A model generated the notes under the pieces. It was not told where the DNA came from, searched no databases, and saw nothing but the letters and a program-made list of their open reading frames with translations. A DNA stretch of 64,000 nt. It comes from the human T2T-CHM13v2.0 reference genome, Homo sapiens. The number at the start of each line of letters is the position of its first letter. Position 1 is the first letter of the stretch. Of this stretch, positions 21,828-33,878 are shown one piece after another. The DNA lies in NCBI RefSeq assembly GCF_009914755.1, contig NC_060928.1, one strand, 5' to 3'. Both the position numbers and the translations under genes were made by a program.

Positions 21828-21980
21828 GATACATATGCTATGAAGTAGAAAGATAAAAATATGTATAAAAACTTTGACATTTTGTAATAGAACAATAAAT
21901 GTATTAATATATATTATTTGAAATGATATATATGCTATGAAGTAGAAAGACAAAAATATGTATAAAAACTTTGACATTTT
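21828..21980 (+). repeat. 56-bp direct repeat (21828-21883 and 21925-21980); the spacer 21888-21919 also occurs at 21461-21492
   Basis: GATA(C/T)ATATGCTATGAAGTAGAAAGA(T/C)AAAAATATGTATAAAAACTTTGACATTTT twice; TAGAACAATAAATG(G/T)ATTAATATATATTATTT twice. Confidence 0.92.
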
Positions 21981-23726
21981 ATAATCTTTTCTGAAACTTT
22001 AAAATTAGCATTTCCCCTTAGATTACTAGCAAACTGATAATCTTTGAAATTCAATTGCACTAATTTAAAAAATGGACATAAAGTCAGATTTAAAAAAAAA
22101 TGTAATCCTGCTTGGCTCTTTGAAATACTTTTAGTTGAATTATTAATTCCTTTGTCAACAATAGTAGTTAGTATTGATTATAATCTTTCCAGTTGTATGT
22201 TACCTTCACACTCCCTCTTTCACTCCCATAGTCTTGTGACTATATACCACCTTTACCAGTCCTACACGGTATACTAATTTTCCTCATAGGAATGTCACAG
22301 ATTTTAGAGCAAGTTCCATTTAATGACTGTAAACTTTTAGATAATCCCTTTTAGAAAATCCCACCTAGCAACAGACTCTAATGGAAATGACTGTTGTACC
22401 AATTAATCATTATGAAAAGAATTTATAAAATAAAGGTGCATCAATGCTGCTGGTATGATTTCATTTTAAATATAAGGAGATGAATCCTCTCAACATTATT
22501 GTAGTAACTATAATATTCACCAGAAATTACAAATATAATTTTTTACATATTGACATTTTAAGCCTCAAAAAGAATGTCATGTAATTAGAGCTGCAATACA
22601 TCTCAATTGCAATAAAAGAATAATTACTTGAAAATAAATCTCAGTCTTTAATTGAAAAGAAAGAACCAGATAGTTTGTCTTTGCAATTTTGAGGAAGGCG
22701 GTATTTAATTAAATTCCACACGAATACTACTATCACCGTATATAAAAGAATCAAACATTTACTGATAATTTAAAAAAGATATTTTTAGACTTTATTGCAT
22801 TTAAACCAGGCAGTTTATATTTTTTAAAAAAATATAGTAAGCAGGCACGTCTTTTGGAAAGATTTTTACGAGGGAAAGATTTGTATTAAAAATAGATACT
22901 TCTTTCTTTGAAATAGTAAAGTTTGGATAACACATTGAGGATGTGAACATAAAAGTATGTGTAGAGTATAATTTATGTTTATTAAGTACCTGTTATGTGT
23001 TAATCACTGTTCAAAATATATGTTATACTTTCTCTACCCCAGCCTTCACCACAACCCTGTATTTACCTGTGAGAAATCAGACTTTGACAGATTATGGACA
23101 CAAAATTAGTAAATAACAAATTTTGCCTAATTCTCAATGCCAAGACCTTTGTATAATATGCCATGTTCTCTCAAATTATTAAAATTATTAAGATGTGTGA
23201 ATAGACTGCACAAAACTCTATGTAATAAATTGTATTACAATATGGGAACTTCTTTAAAGAAAAATTCATCAGAAAACTAAGAGTGATAGTGTGGGGCAGA
23301 GGACAGGGGGTTGTAAGAATATTTTATTTGACCAACCTATGTAACACATGGCTTTATAATAATGATCTCAAGAGATATGATATGTAATTTAGCACCTCAA
23401 GCTTCAACTTGAAAATAAAGTATATGCAGAAATATGTGTTATAAAATGTGCCTTTAATAGTCAATAAAACTAGCAAGAGTCATTGCTTATTACCTGATAG
23501 CTAGTAGGTTTTCAAATTAAAAAATTCATCTGTTACACTCCACTTAGCATATCTATAACTTTCCAACAAAGGATACAATCTTCAAGCAATTACTTTAATG
23601 GGCAAAGGATGGAAGGCTAAAATAAGAGGTAATAGAAGGGAAAATGAAAAGCAATTGTATATTGTCTATTAAGACAGAGAAGGAGATCACCTGGAGATGC
23701 AAATCTGTTTTCTCAAATGACTGTAT

Positions 23727-23845
23727 TAACAGCATATATAAAAACTGGAAAGCAGCATATATGCATAACAGCATATATAAAAACTGAAAAGCAGCATATA
23801 CATATAAATATATGCTTTATTAATGGTATATATAAAAACTGAAAA
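23727..23845. repeat. 39-bp tandem duplication plus a partial third copy
   Basis: TAACAGCATATATAAAAACTG(G/A)AAAGCAGCATATA at 23727 and 23766; TATATAAAAACTGAAAA again near 23829. Confidence 0.85.
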
Positions 23846-24237
23846 ATTCAGACAGCTTCAGATGTAGTCACAGATATTTTTATATTTGTAGTATTTATTA
23901 TAATTAACGTAAAGCAACATGCAGAAACCAAAAGAGTGATTGTCATGATTCACTGAAGCAACTATATCTACATCCATATAGAAATATGTCTCACTAATTA
24001 TGTATCTGTACTAAAACAAATCTGTTGAAATTCTTCACTCATTTTAAACCCTAATATTAACCTTTTTATTCAGTAATATTTAAAAAAATTTGTAAAATTT
24101 TAATTACACATTTGAGCAAGCTTGTAACTCATTGGACATAGTGTGGAATAAAAATATAATCTAGAGCACAAGAAGTCAAGAATATAAGAGAAATGGTTAA
24201 GCACTAATATGCTTTCAGTGGCAAGTGAGATTTTTTT

Positions 24238-24276
24238 CTTTAAACAGGGTCTGGTCCTGCTGCCCAGGCTGGAGTT
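24238..24276 (-). mobile_element. Extremely 5'-truncated Alu (J/monomer-like 3' end), 39 bp
   Basis: Minus strand AACTCCAGCCTGGGCAGCAGGACCAGACCCTGTTTAAAG; perfect 16-bp TSD CAAGTGAGATTTTTTT at 24222-24237 and 24277-24292. Confidence 0.85.
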
Positions 24277-25143
24277 CAAGTGAGATTTTTTTGAGTCACC
24301 CTACTGTGACAAAGTTGTCATCTAGTGATAAAAATAATTTAAAAGGGAACAATTTGATACTAGTGTAGGTGTTGGCAGTGTTAGAACTTCTTATCCTTTT
24401 GAGCCAGCGAAAATTGCCAAGACTAAAGATGGATAGTTACTTGAAATAGATTGTTTCTGTAGGATACTGAAATATTTAGTAGGCTCTTCACTTTGACTAC
24501 TATATTACACTTAAAAAGTTTAAGTTTATATTTTGTGTCAAAATATTATCCTTGCAATAATCATATTTTTGTCTTTATTTTTAATTACTTAAACACTTTT
24601 ATTCATATGTACATTTTTCCATCCAACTCTAGTTCATGATGTTGGCTTTAGAGTTAGAGTTCCTCTGTGTTAGGAATTCAGAGCTTCCTAGCAGGGTATC
24701 TTCAGCGTCTGAAAATCCTTTGACAAGATACAATGGCTTTTACTCAAAATTATCTAAGGGTAAGAATATATTACCAAAAACATGATTATCGGGTGTCTCT
24801 TTTGAGAATTATCATATTCTTTCTTTAATCATGGGAACCTTATCTTTCCTTGTTCTCAGTCCTAATAAGGAAAGAAGAGAGTTGAAATAACAAATGAAAA
24901 TGACTAATGGAATATTCTTTATATTTTTTCATAGAGAATAAAGGATATGAAATGATGCCTGATGGCAAAGGTAAATAAACAGAATTGAAAGTCGTTAGCA
25001 CTGAAGGAAAATTGAAGATAATCTTTTCCAGATGTACCAAAGAGACACATTTAGGAACCAGAAGTTGCATTTATATTGATATATTTTTCTAGGTTTGAGA
25101 AGTTCTCTGTTATTATCTCTTTGAATAAAGTTTCTACCCCTAA

Positions 25144-25449
<306 letters not shown>

Positions 25450-25489
25450 TAACTCTTTCTTTACTTCCTCTTTAAGATCAATAATTCTT

Positions 25490-25780
25490 GGCCGGGCGCG
25501 GTGGCTCACGCCTGTAATCCCAGCACTTTGGGAGGCTGAGGCGGGTGGATCATGAGGTCAGGAGATGGAGACCATCCTGGCTAACACAGTGAAACCCCCT
25601 CTCTACTAAAAAATACAAAAAATTAGTCGGGCGTGGTGGTGGGCGCCTGTAGTCCCAGCTACTCGGGAGGCTGAGGCAGGAGAATGGTGTGAACCCGGGA
25701 GGCAAAGCAGTGAGCCCAGATCGCGCCACTGTACTCCAGCCTGGGCGACAGAGCGAGACTCCGTCTCAAAAAAAAAAAAA
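25490..25780 (+). mobile_element. AluY element
   Basis: GGCCGGGCGCGGTGG start; TSD AAGATCAATAATTCTT at 25474-25489 and 25779-25794. Confidence 0.95.
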
Positions 25781-28331
25781 GATCAATAATTCTTAATTTG
25801 CCATTTTGAGGTAATTTTGTATATCCTACAGGAGTGTTTCATTGTTTTCTATTTTTTCTTTTGTTTCCTCTGTGTATTTTCAAATAACCTGTCCAGTCTC
25901 ACTAATTCTTTCTTCTGCTTGATCAGTTCTGCTATTAATGGACTCTAATGCGTTTCATCAGTATGCCAATTGCATTTTTCATCTCCAGAATTTCTCCTTG
26001 ATTCTTTTGAATTATTTAAATCTCTCTGTTAAATTTATCTGATAGAACTTTGAATTCCTTCTCTGTATTATCTTGAATTTTTCTGAGTTTTCTTAACACA
26101 GCTAGTTTGAATTCTCTATCTGAAAGGTCGCATATCTCTGTTTCTCCAGCATTGGTTCCTGGTGCCTTATTTTGTTACTTGGTAAAGTTACGTTTTCCTG
26201 GATAGTGTTGATGCTAGTAGATGTTCTTCAGTGTCTGGGCATTGAAGAGTTAGGTATTTATTGTAGTCACTGTCTGGGCTTGTAGGTGCCTGTCTTTCAT
26301 GGGAAGGCTTTCCAGACATTTGACAGGACTTAGGTGTTGATCTAAGCTGGGGGCTCCACACACCCAGTAACAATGTGGCCCTTGTGGACTCGTAGAGGTA
26401 CCACCTTGATGGCCTTGGGCAAGATCTAAGATAATTCTCTGGATTACCAGGCAGACACTGTTGTCAACTTTCCTTACTTTTTCCCAAACACACAAAGTCT
26501 CTCTCTGTTCTGAGCCACCTAAAGCTGGAGGTGGAGTTACAAAAAACTCCTCCCTGTGGCCACCACCACTCGACTGCACTGAGTCAGACCTGAAGTCAGC
26601 CCAGCAGTGGGTCTTGTCCAAGGCCTGTTATATCAACTCCCTGGCTACTGCCTATGTTCACTCAAGTCCCTGGAGCTCTACAATCCAGTAAATGGCAAAG
26701 ACAGCCAGGCCTGTGTCCTTCCCTTCAGGGAGTTAATGCCCCCAGGCCCTGAATGGATCCAGAGGTGCCCTCAGGGAGTCTGGGATTTGAATTAAAAACC
26801 TTAGAAATCTACCTGGTGTTCTATTCTACTGTTGCTGAGCTGGCACTCGAACCACAAGATGCAGTCCTTCCCACTCTTCCCTCCCCTTTCCAAGGGCAGA
26901 GGAGCATCACTCTATAGCTACCACCACCCAGGCCACTAGGAATACTGCCAGACTACCTCTGATGTTCCCTTAAGGCCCAACGGCTTTTAAAATGTCTTGT
27001 GGTGAATGCTGCTTGCCCTGGGACTCACCTTTCAGGGCAGTGGGCTTCCTCCTGTTTCAGGGAAGGTCCAGAAATGCCATTCAAGGGTCAAGTCCTGGAA
27101 GCAAGAGCCCACTTGGTGCTCTACCACCATGTGGCCATGCTGGTACCCAAGTTGCAAGACAAAGTCCCCTTTATATTTTCCTCTTCTTTTCTCAAGCAGA
27201 AGGAGTTTTGCCCTATAGCTAACACAGCTCAAAAACGTGCTGAGTCTAATCTGAAGCCAGCAAGTCTCAAAGGCTAACCCAAGGTCCTAGATCTAGTAAC
27301 TCGGTGTCACTGTTGATTATTTAGGGCCCAAGGGCTCTTCAGTTAGCAGGTGATTAATGCTGCCAGGACTAGGTTCTTTCCTTCAAGGCAGCGGGTTCCC
27401 ATCTGGTGCAAGGATGTGTCTAGAAATGTCACCTGGAAGCTAGGGACTGGAAAAAAGGCCTCCTGACTCTGACTGGTGCCCTATCCTGCTATGGCTTAGC
27501 TGGTATTCAAGATGCAAGTCAAAGTCCTCTGTATTTTCCCTCTTCTCTCCTAAAGCAGGAGGAAAGGGTCTCTTTTGAAGCCAGGAGCTGTGCAGCCTGG
27601 GGTTAAGGGAGGGATGAGGCCAGCATTCCCTTGGCTGCACCTACTTATGTCTCAGTATGTCACGTGTCTTCTCAGTCCACTGTCTCTGGGCCTAGTTCAG
27701 TGCTAGGACTGGCCTAAATGTTGCTGTCCTCATAGCCTATACTGCTTTTCAAGTTCATTTAGAGACACAGAGTTCTTTCAAGTTCACTTAGAGACACAGC
27801 ACTTTAGCTCATGGTAACGAAGTTTGCAGGAACTCAAGTTCTGACCACTGGGATGGGCTAGTCATGGGCTAGTTCCCTCTGGCTAGCGCTGATATAAGGG
27901 CTCTCTCCATAGGCAGATGTCAGCTGAGTTTGGGCCAGTTTTTCTTTCTGCTGTAACAGAACAGCAATGAGTTTAATGCCTCACAATTGCTGTGTTCTCC
28001 CTCCCCCAGCACCCAGAGACATTCTCTGCACCACCCTGTGGCTGCCAGGAGTGAAGGAGGCATGGCATCCGCAATTCTGGATTGTTTTATTTATCTCTTC
28101 AGTGACTCTTTCAGTGATGTGAAGATAAAATCAGCTACTATGGGGACTTAATTGATTTTTGGTTCTTGTAAAGGTGTTTTTGGGTTTTTTTTTGTTTTGT
28201 TTTGTTTTTTCTCTGTAGATAGTTGTTAAACTGGTGTTCTTCGGTGGTGGTGGCGGGATGATCATTGGAGACTTCTTTTCCACCACCTTGCTCCTCCTCT
28301 GAAGTGGTATTTATATTGATATTACTAAACT

Positions 28332-29027
28332 TGTTACAGGTAGTTAGACAGGCATGAGCGGGACAGAAGAGGGCTCTCCCCCACCCACCATGAATGTCAG
28401 GTGATGGTTTGACAATGATCGCATTGCCCCTCTAAAAGTGATAAATTGAGAGCCTGCCCTAGGGAAAAGCCATTTCCTGATGGTCCACACCTGTAGCACT
28501 TAAGTGCTAATTGAATGCAGACACCAGGGAGAACCAACTTCCTGGCCATACACGTTAAGAGACAAAAAGACAGAGTATGACCTTCCAGGGCACACCACTG
28601 GAAAAGGTAAGAAAGCCTCAGGCGGGCATGCATAAAACTTCCTAAACACACTGCTGTGCTCAGTTCCCAAGGGTAAGGAGGGCACTGCACATGCGGGCAG
28701 CCCATCCTAAGGGAAGAATCATGGGAAAGGGGTACAACACATCAGAAGTGGGCCAGCCTATAAAGTCCTAGAATCATGGTTAAACGCCTCACTTATCCTT
28801 CAAGTGGCCTCACTTATCCTTCAAGTCGCTTCCAAGTGTACTTTCCTTTCTTTCCTGTTATAAACCCTTTTAAAATAAACTTCCACTCTTGCTCTGAAAC
28901 TTGTCTCAGTCTCTTTTTCTGTCTCATGCCCCTCAGTCAAATTTTCTTCTGAGGAGGCAAGAATTGAGGTTGCTGCAGATCCATATGGATTTGCTGCTGG
29001 TAAGTCGGATACCTTCCACTGGTAACA
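28332..29027 (+). mobile_element. ERV1 solo LTR (MER50-family-like), ~700 bp
   Basis: TGTTAC...GTAACA inverted termini; TATAAA near 28759 and AATAAA near 28874; 4-bp TSD AACT at 28328-28331 and 29028-29031. Confidence 0.85.
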
Positions 29028-29980
29028 AACTTAGTCCCAATTCTTCTTCTGATTTTATAGTACAATTACCTTGTTACTTCATGATTCTAATGAAAATTCT
29101 GAATACATGCAGAATTATTTCCCTTTCCTTAAAAATTACCAGTATCACAACCTAACAAGAACATTTTCCTCCCACGTTTTCTAATTATCATTTGAAGACT
29201 GAAGCTTTCACCTTTTTTTCTAGAATAAAAAGATAGATGATTAGTTTTAGTTCAGGAAACTTGTTTCTATAGCTATTTTTTGTTCTCTAAAATTTCTCTA
29301 CTAGGTTGATGGATTTTTCAAATCCTCAGATGTAGACCCCCTACTGATTATAAATCAGTTGCAATTTCTAAAGTGGGTGAACAAGTGCTACCTGATTTTC
29401 TTTAGGTTTCTCACATACATTTTCAACAACATCTTAAAATTTGTGGTAAGTTTAATATTTTTTGAGGAAATTAAAATAAAATTTACTGGATATCTTCATA
29501 ATTATACCTTTTGGCATAATTTAGCTGATAGAACTTTCTTAAAAACAAACTTAGAATGTCACTTCTATGCTTTGGCTCAGTCCTGTAATTATGTTTTCAA
29601 AGCACTCAATGAAAAAAAATGCACGTATAACTGAAAGAAATTTACAGACATTTTATATGTCTCTACATAACTCAAAGGCAAATTACACATTTAATATTAA
29701 ATTTGAGATCTTAGACAAACATATTGTGAATAGGCCATAAAACAAGGTAAGTTAAAGAAAACCCATTTCCATGCAGTTGTACATGGGACATCTGACTCCA
29801 TAGTAGTCTTTATCATTCATTTATCTACAAATTCTAATAGATTGTCAAGTAAATATATTCAAATATATTCAATTGTAATTAAATTAATACAAATAATTTA
29901 ATTTGGAATTATTCACAACTAAATGTTTTATCACAATCTTTAAAGTATGCAATATTTTGATAATTTATATTAAGATCTAC

Positions 29981-30470
29981 TGTATCGGGGTTCAATCAGA
30001 GGAGCAAAACCACTGGAATGTGTATATAGATAAAATGTGGGATCTGTCACAAGGATTTGACTTTTACAACTGCGGGAGCTAGTCAGGCATTCACTGTAAG
30101 CCTGCTGTGTCCATGTCTGATTCTAAACCCTGAAGTCTGTGGCAGATAGTGAGGAAGAGATGGATATATATAAAGTTGAAAAAGAAAAAAGACACGCAGG
30201 AAACCATAAGAACAGACTGAAATCCACATCCCTTAATGATGTACGGATGTCCTGCAGGAGAAGCTAGACTTGCTCCCTGTGATGCTAAATAACTGTCCCA
30301 GAAGTCGGAGAAAAGGAAGGAGGATCTAGGAATGATGGAGCAGTTGCAGGTCTGGCTGCTGTCTCACACCAAAGAGGTCAGCCAGTAGATGAGTAAGAAC
30401 ATGTGTGAACCACAAAATAGTTGTTGCTTCATTTCGGACCACCAGATCTCACACAAGAAATTACTGAATA
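29981..30470 (-). mobile_element. Old ERVL LTR (MLT2-like)
   Basis: Starts TGTATCGGGGTTCAATCAGAGGAGCAAAACCACT, followed by AAGGATTTGACTTTTACAACTGCGGGAGCT; right boundary approximate. Confidence 0.5.
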
Positions 30471-31119
30471 CAACTCCACTATTTATTAGGTAAAAATGAA
30501 TATACAAGGTTTAGATAAGCATGAAAATAAAGATAATCATGGTTTTAATTGATTGAAGGGAGGGGTAAAAAAACCTCCCTTCTGCTACAAAGAACAAATT
30601 TAAGTAAAACAGAATCTGAAAAGCTAAGCATAATGTAGCAGAAAATTTATTGCACATATCTTAAATGATCTGTAAAATAAATTCCAAAATTGCGATACTT
30701 CATAAATTCATAATACTCTATAATTCATACATGTCACAGTTAATCACTTATCTTTCTTCAAAAATAGAGCATAACATTTACTGTATTTTTATATTCAGAT
30801 AACTAAATGAATATCATAGATTTCTTGGCCTAAAAGAGTGTCATGAAGGGAATATCTATTATTAATTGAGTACTCACTATATGTACAGTATTTGATAGGC
30901 ATCTTAGAAAGTTACTAGTAAAATAAAAACTTGTGTTTGAGTACAAAATGAGTGCCCCATTTTGTTTTGTGTCCCTATACCATTACAAATATTTCATTAT
31001 ATTAATAAATTCCCTGTACTTGGAAAAATTTGGGGGTTTACCAAGAAGATACCAAAATTTATTTTGTAATTCTGATATTTTCTTCAAGCAGATTAGAATA
31101 ATTAAACATATCAATATTT

Positions 31120-31447
31120 GCCTGGCACGGTGACTCACGCCTGTAATCCCATCACTTTGGGAAGCGGAGGTGGGCGGATCACGAGGTCAGGAGATAGAGG
31201 CTATCCTGGTTAACCTGGTGAAAGAAACCCCGTCTCCACTAAAAATACAATTAGCCGGGCGTGGTGTCGGGCGCCTGTAGTCCCAGCTACTCAGGAGGCT
31301 GAGGCAGGAGAATGGCGTGAACGCAGGAGGCGGAGCTTGCAGTGAGCCTAGATCGCGCCACTGCACTCCAGCCTGGGCGAAAGTGTCAGACTCTGCATCA
31401 AAAAAAAAAAAAAAAAAAAAAGTGTATATATATATATATATATATAT
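31120..31447 (+). mobile_element. AluY element with A-tail followed by (TA)n
   Basis: GAATGGCGTGAAC and GGAGCTTGCAGTGAGC diagnostics. Confidence 0.92.
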
Positions 31448-32419
31448 AAATATTGAAAATGTTCGAAGTTCTTTCCAATACTTAGAAGGAACTAAGATCA
31501 AATCATATCAGTGCTTGAATATGCCAGTTGAGAGCTCCAATATTAATTCCCACTGATAATCCTCATTGCATAACTAGGAATTCCCAAAGTGAGTCTAATA
31601 TGAACTCAGAGAGCAAACTTGGTTTCTGGCTGGGTAATTGCTAACTTCAATTGCTTTTATTTTTAGTACTTCATCTCTTCTCTGGCCACTGCTGTCCAGA
31701 GATTTCCTGTCAACGCTCACCCTCAGTTCACTCCTCTGAGGTGGGTCCATCAAGGTAAAGCTGTTCTCTGCTGAACTCAACAAGAGACATCCTCAGGCTG
31801 TTGCCTCCAATTTTTATGGGGCCAAAAAGCCAGGAAATCTCTTGTAAAGACTTTTAACCAGTTACAGAGATTCCCATGAGGTTTTTCATAGAATTCATGA
31901 AGTGACACATGAAATTACACAGCAAATGTCTGTAATGCAACACAAAATTTAAAAAATGTGTATATATATTTGGCAAGAAAAAGTTGATAAGACACCAGTG
32001 ATATTAGAGTTAATATTTCACTCAGCAGAAGTTAATACAATGTGTAATTTGAAATTCTGTATTAATCAGATGTGAAATGAAAATTTCTTATTTATATTTT
32101 TAAAAAGTTATGTTTATATTTCACCGAAGCTTACTTAATGAGTTATACATTTTAATTGAGTGTGTATTTCTTTTATAGACTCAATTAAAATTAATTGACT
32201 ACCTATATGGATGCTAATTAAAAAAATTATTACTTACAAAATTATTTATTATTTATGATATTATTTACTATGTCATTTGTATATTCAATATTATTAATTT
32301 ATGATATACTATTTTGTTATTAAAATATGTGTTCTTTAAAACAAAAACCAGCCCCCATTCATAAAACTGATTGGAAGAGGTACTAGTTCAGCTGACCAAT
32401 AGAAAGCTGCAATTATGAT

Positions 32420-32640
32420 AATAAAAATAACAATGTAATAATTAATATTTATATGGTAAATTCAATGTGCTGGGAACCGTTCTAAATAGCTCACATATAT
32501 TAGCTGAGTATTGCCATTTAAGAAAAAAAAAAAAAACAATGCTGAGGCCTAGAGAGGTAAAGTAACTTTCCCAAAATCACCAAGCTGTGAAGTGGAACTG
32601 CAATGTAACTTTAGGTACTGTGTGAATTTAACTACTGTAC
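32420..32640 (-). mobile_element. MIR SINE
   Basis: CTGAGGCCTAGAGAGGTAAAGTAACTTTCCCAAAATCAC is the reverse-complement MIR core. Confidence 0.75.
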
Positions 32641-33313
32641 TTTAATTGTTTAATAAATATATTAAAATATGTTAAATGATACTTAAGTTATATTAAATTA
32701 TGTATTTTAACATGAAGTGCAGGAAGATGTTAAGACTGCCAGGCAAGAGTTGTTTTTTAATTAATCTTTGTATCTTCAGCGCCTAGCCTAGTGCATCACT
32801 TAGAGTGGTGTCAGAAAAACTAAACAATTCTGTTCTCAGGGAGTTTTAATACAGGGAGTAGAGACTTTTACATCTTTTGGAAAGTTGATGGAGAAAAGAT
32901 CCCAAAAGCCATTGTTAGAAGCATGTTGCTCACAGGTTCTACCCCAGAAACTGGAGAATCTCTTAGAGGTTAGTGTGCTGCCTCCATTACTGTGCACAAC
33001 TGGCAAGTCAAAACTGGGTGATTCCCAAGAACATTCCCTAAGAGTAGCCATGTGAATCTTGCTTATAGCCTTTAAGCATCTGCTCCCAATGATCTCCAGA
33101 GAATAATGGTTCTTCAGTTCTGCCTTGCAGATCTCGTGCTAGTTTCCCTCATAGAAAATTGATAATGCAGATCTATATGTTAAAAGACATTCTGAGAAAT
33201 AATTCCAGACATCACTGTTATGAAACAGAGGAGAAGGTGAAAGAGGATATAAGAGGTGTCAAGTTGATAACAGGCAAACTGTAATAGCCATACCTGATAT
33301 AAAGTAAACTTTA

Positions 33314-33717
33314 TGCATTAGTCAGCATACTCCAGAAAAACAGAAACAACAGAATACACAGAGATACAAAGAGATTTATTATGAAGGATTGTCTCAATTA
33401 TTGTGAAGAAGTCCAAATTCTTCAGGGTAGACCGACAGCCTGGGGACCCTGAGAATAATCGATGTTGTAGTTCAAGTCTGAAGGCAGCCTACTGACAGTA
33501 TTTCCTCTTTGGGTGGGTTCAGTCTTTATTCTATGAAGACCTCAACTGATTAGATCAAGTGCACCAACATTATGCAGGGCATTCTGGTTTACTCAAAGAC
33601 TACTAATTTAAATGCAAAACAATATTTTTATAGACACATCTAGCATCCAGAATAATATTTGACCAAATATCTTGGAATTACGGCCTAGCAAGTTCATACA
33701 CAAAATCAACAATCACA
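33314..33717 (-). mobile_element. MLT2 (MLT2D/B-like) ERVL LTR
   Basis: TGCATTAGTCAG..CTCCAGAAAAACAGAA..GAGATTTATTATGAAGGATTG...AAAATCAACAATCACA termini. Confidence 0.8.
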
Positions 33718-33797
33718 TCCTTCACAAATAATTTTAAAGCAAATAATATAATAATAATTAATGTTAAATCCAACTATTTTTATTAACTAAACATTGT

Positions 33798-33878
33798 ACT
33801 ATATATATGTGTATATATATATATATATGGCACACATGTATATATATGGCACACACACACTATATATAGATATGTGTG
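33798..33878. repeat. Compound (TA)n/(CA)n microsatellite
   Basis: Direct reading of the sequence. Confidence 0.85.

Noticed and set aside
23727-23845. Short repeats as a CRISPR-like array (also 10041-10098 and 21828-21980)
   Set aside because: Only 2-3 copies, no series of unique spacers, no cas genes, and a primate context; these are ordinary local duplications.
31480-31910. Less AT-rich block, possibly an ancient LTR (also ~32835-33240)
   Set aside because: I could not identify termini or a family from the sequence alone.
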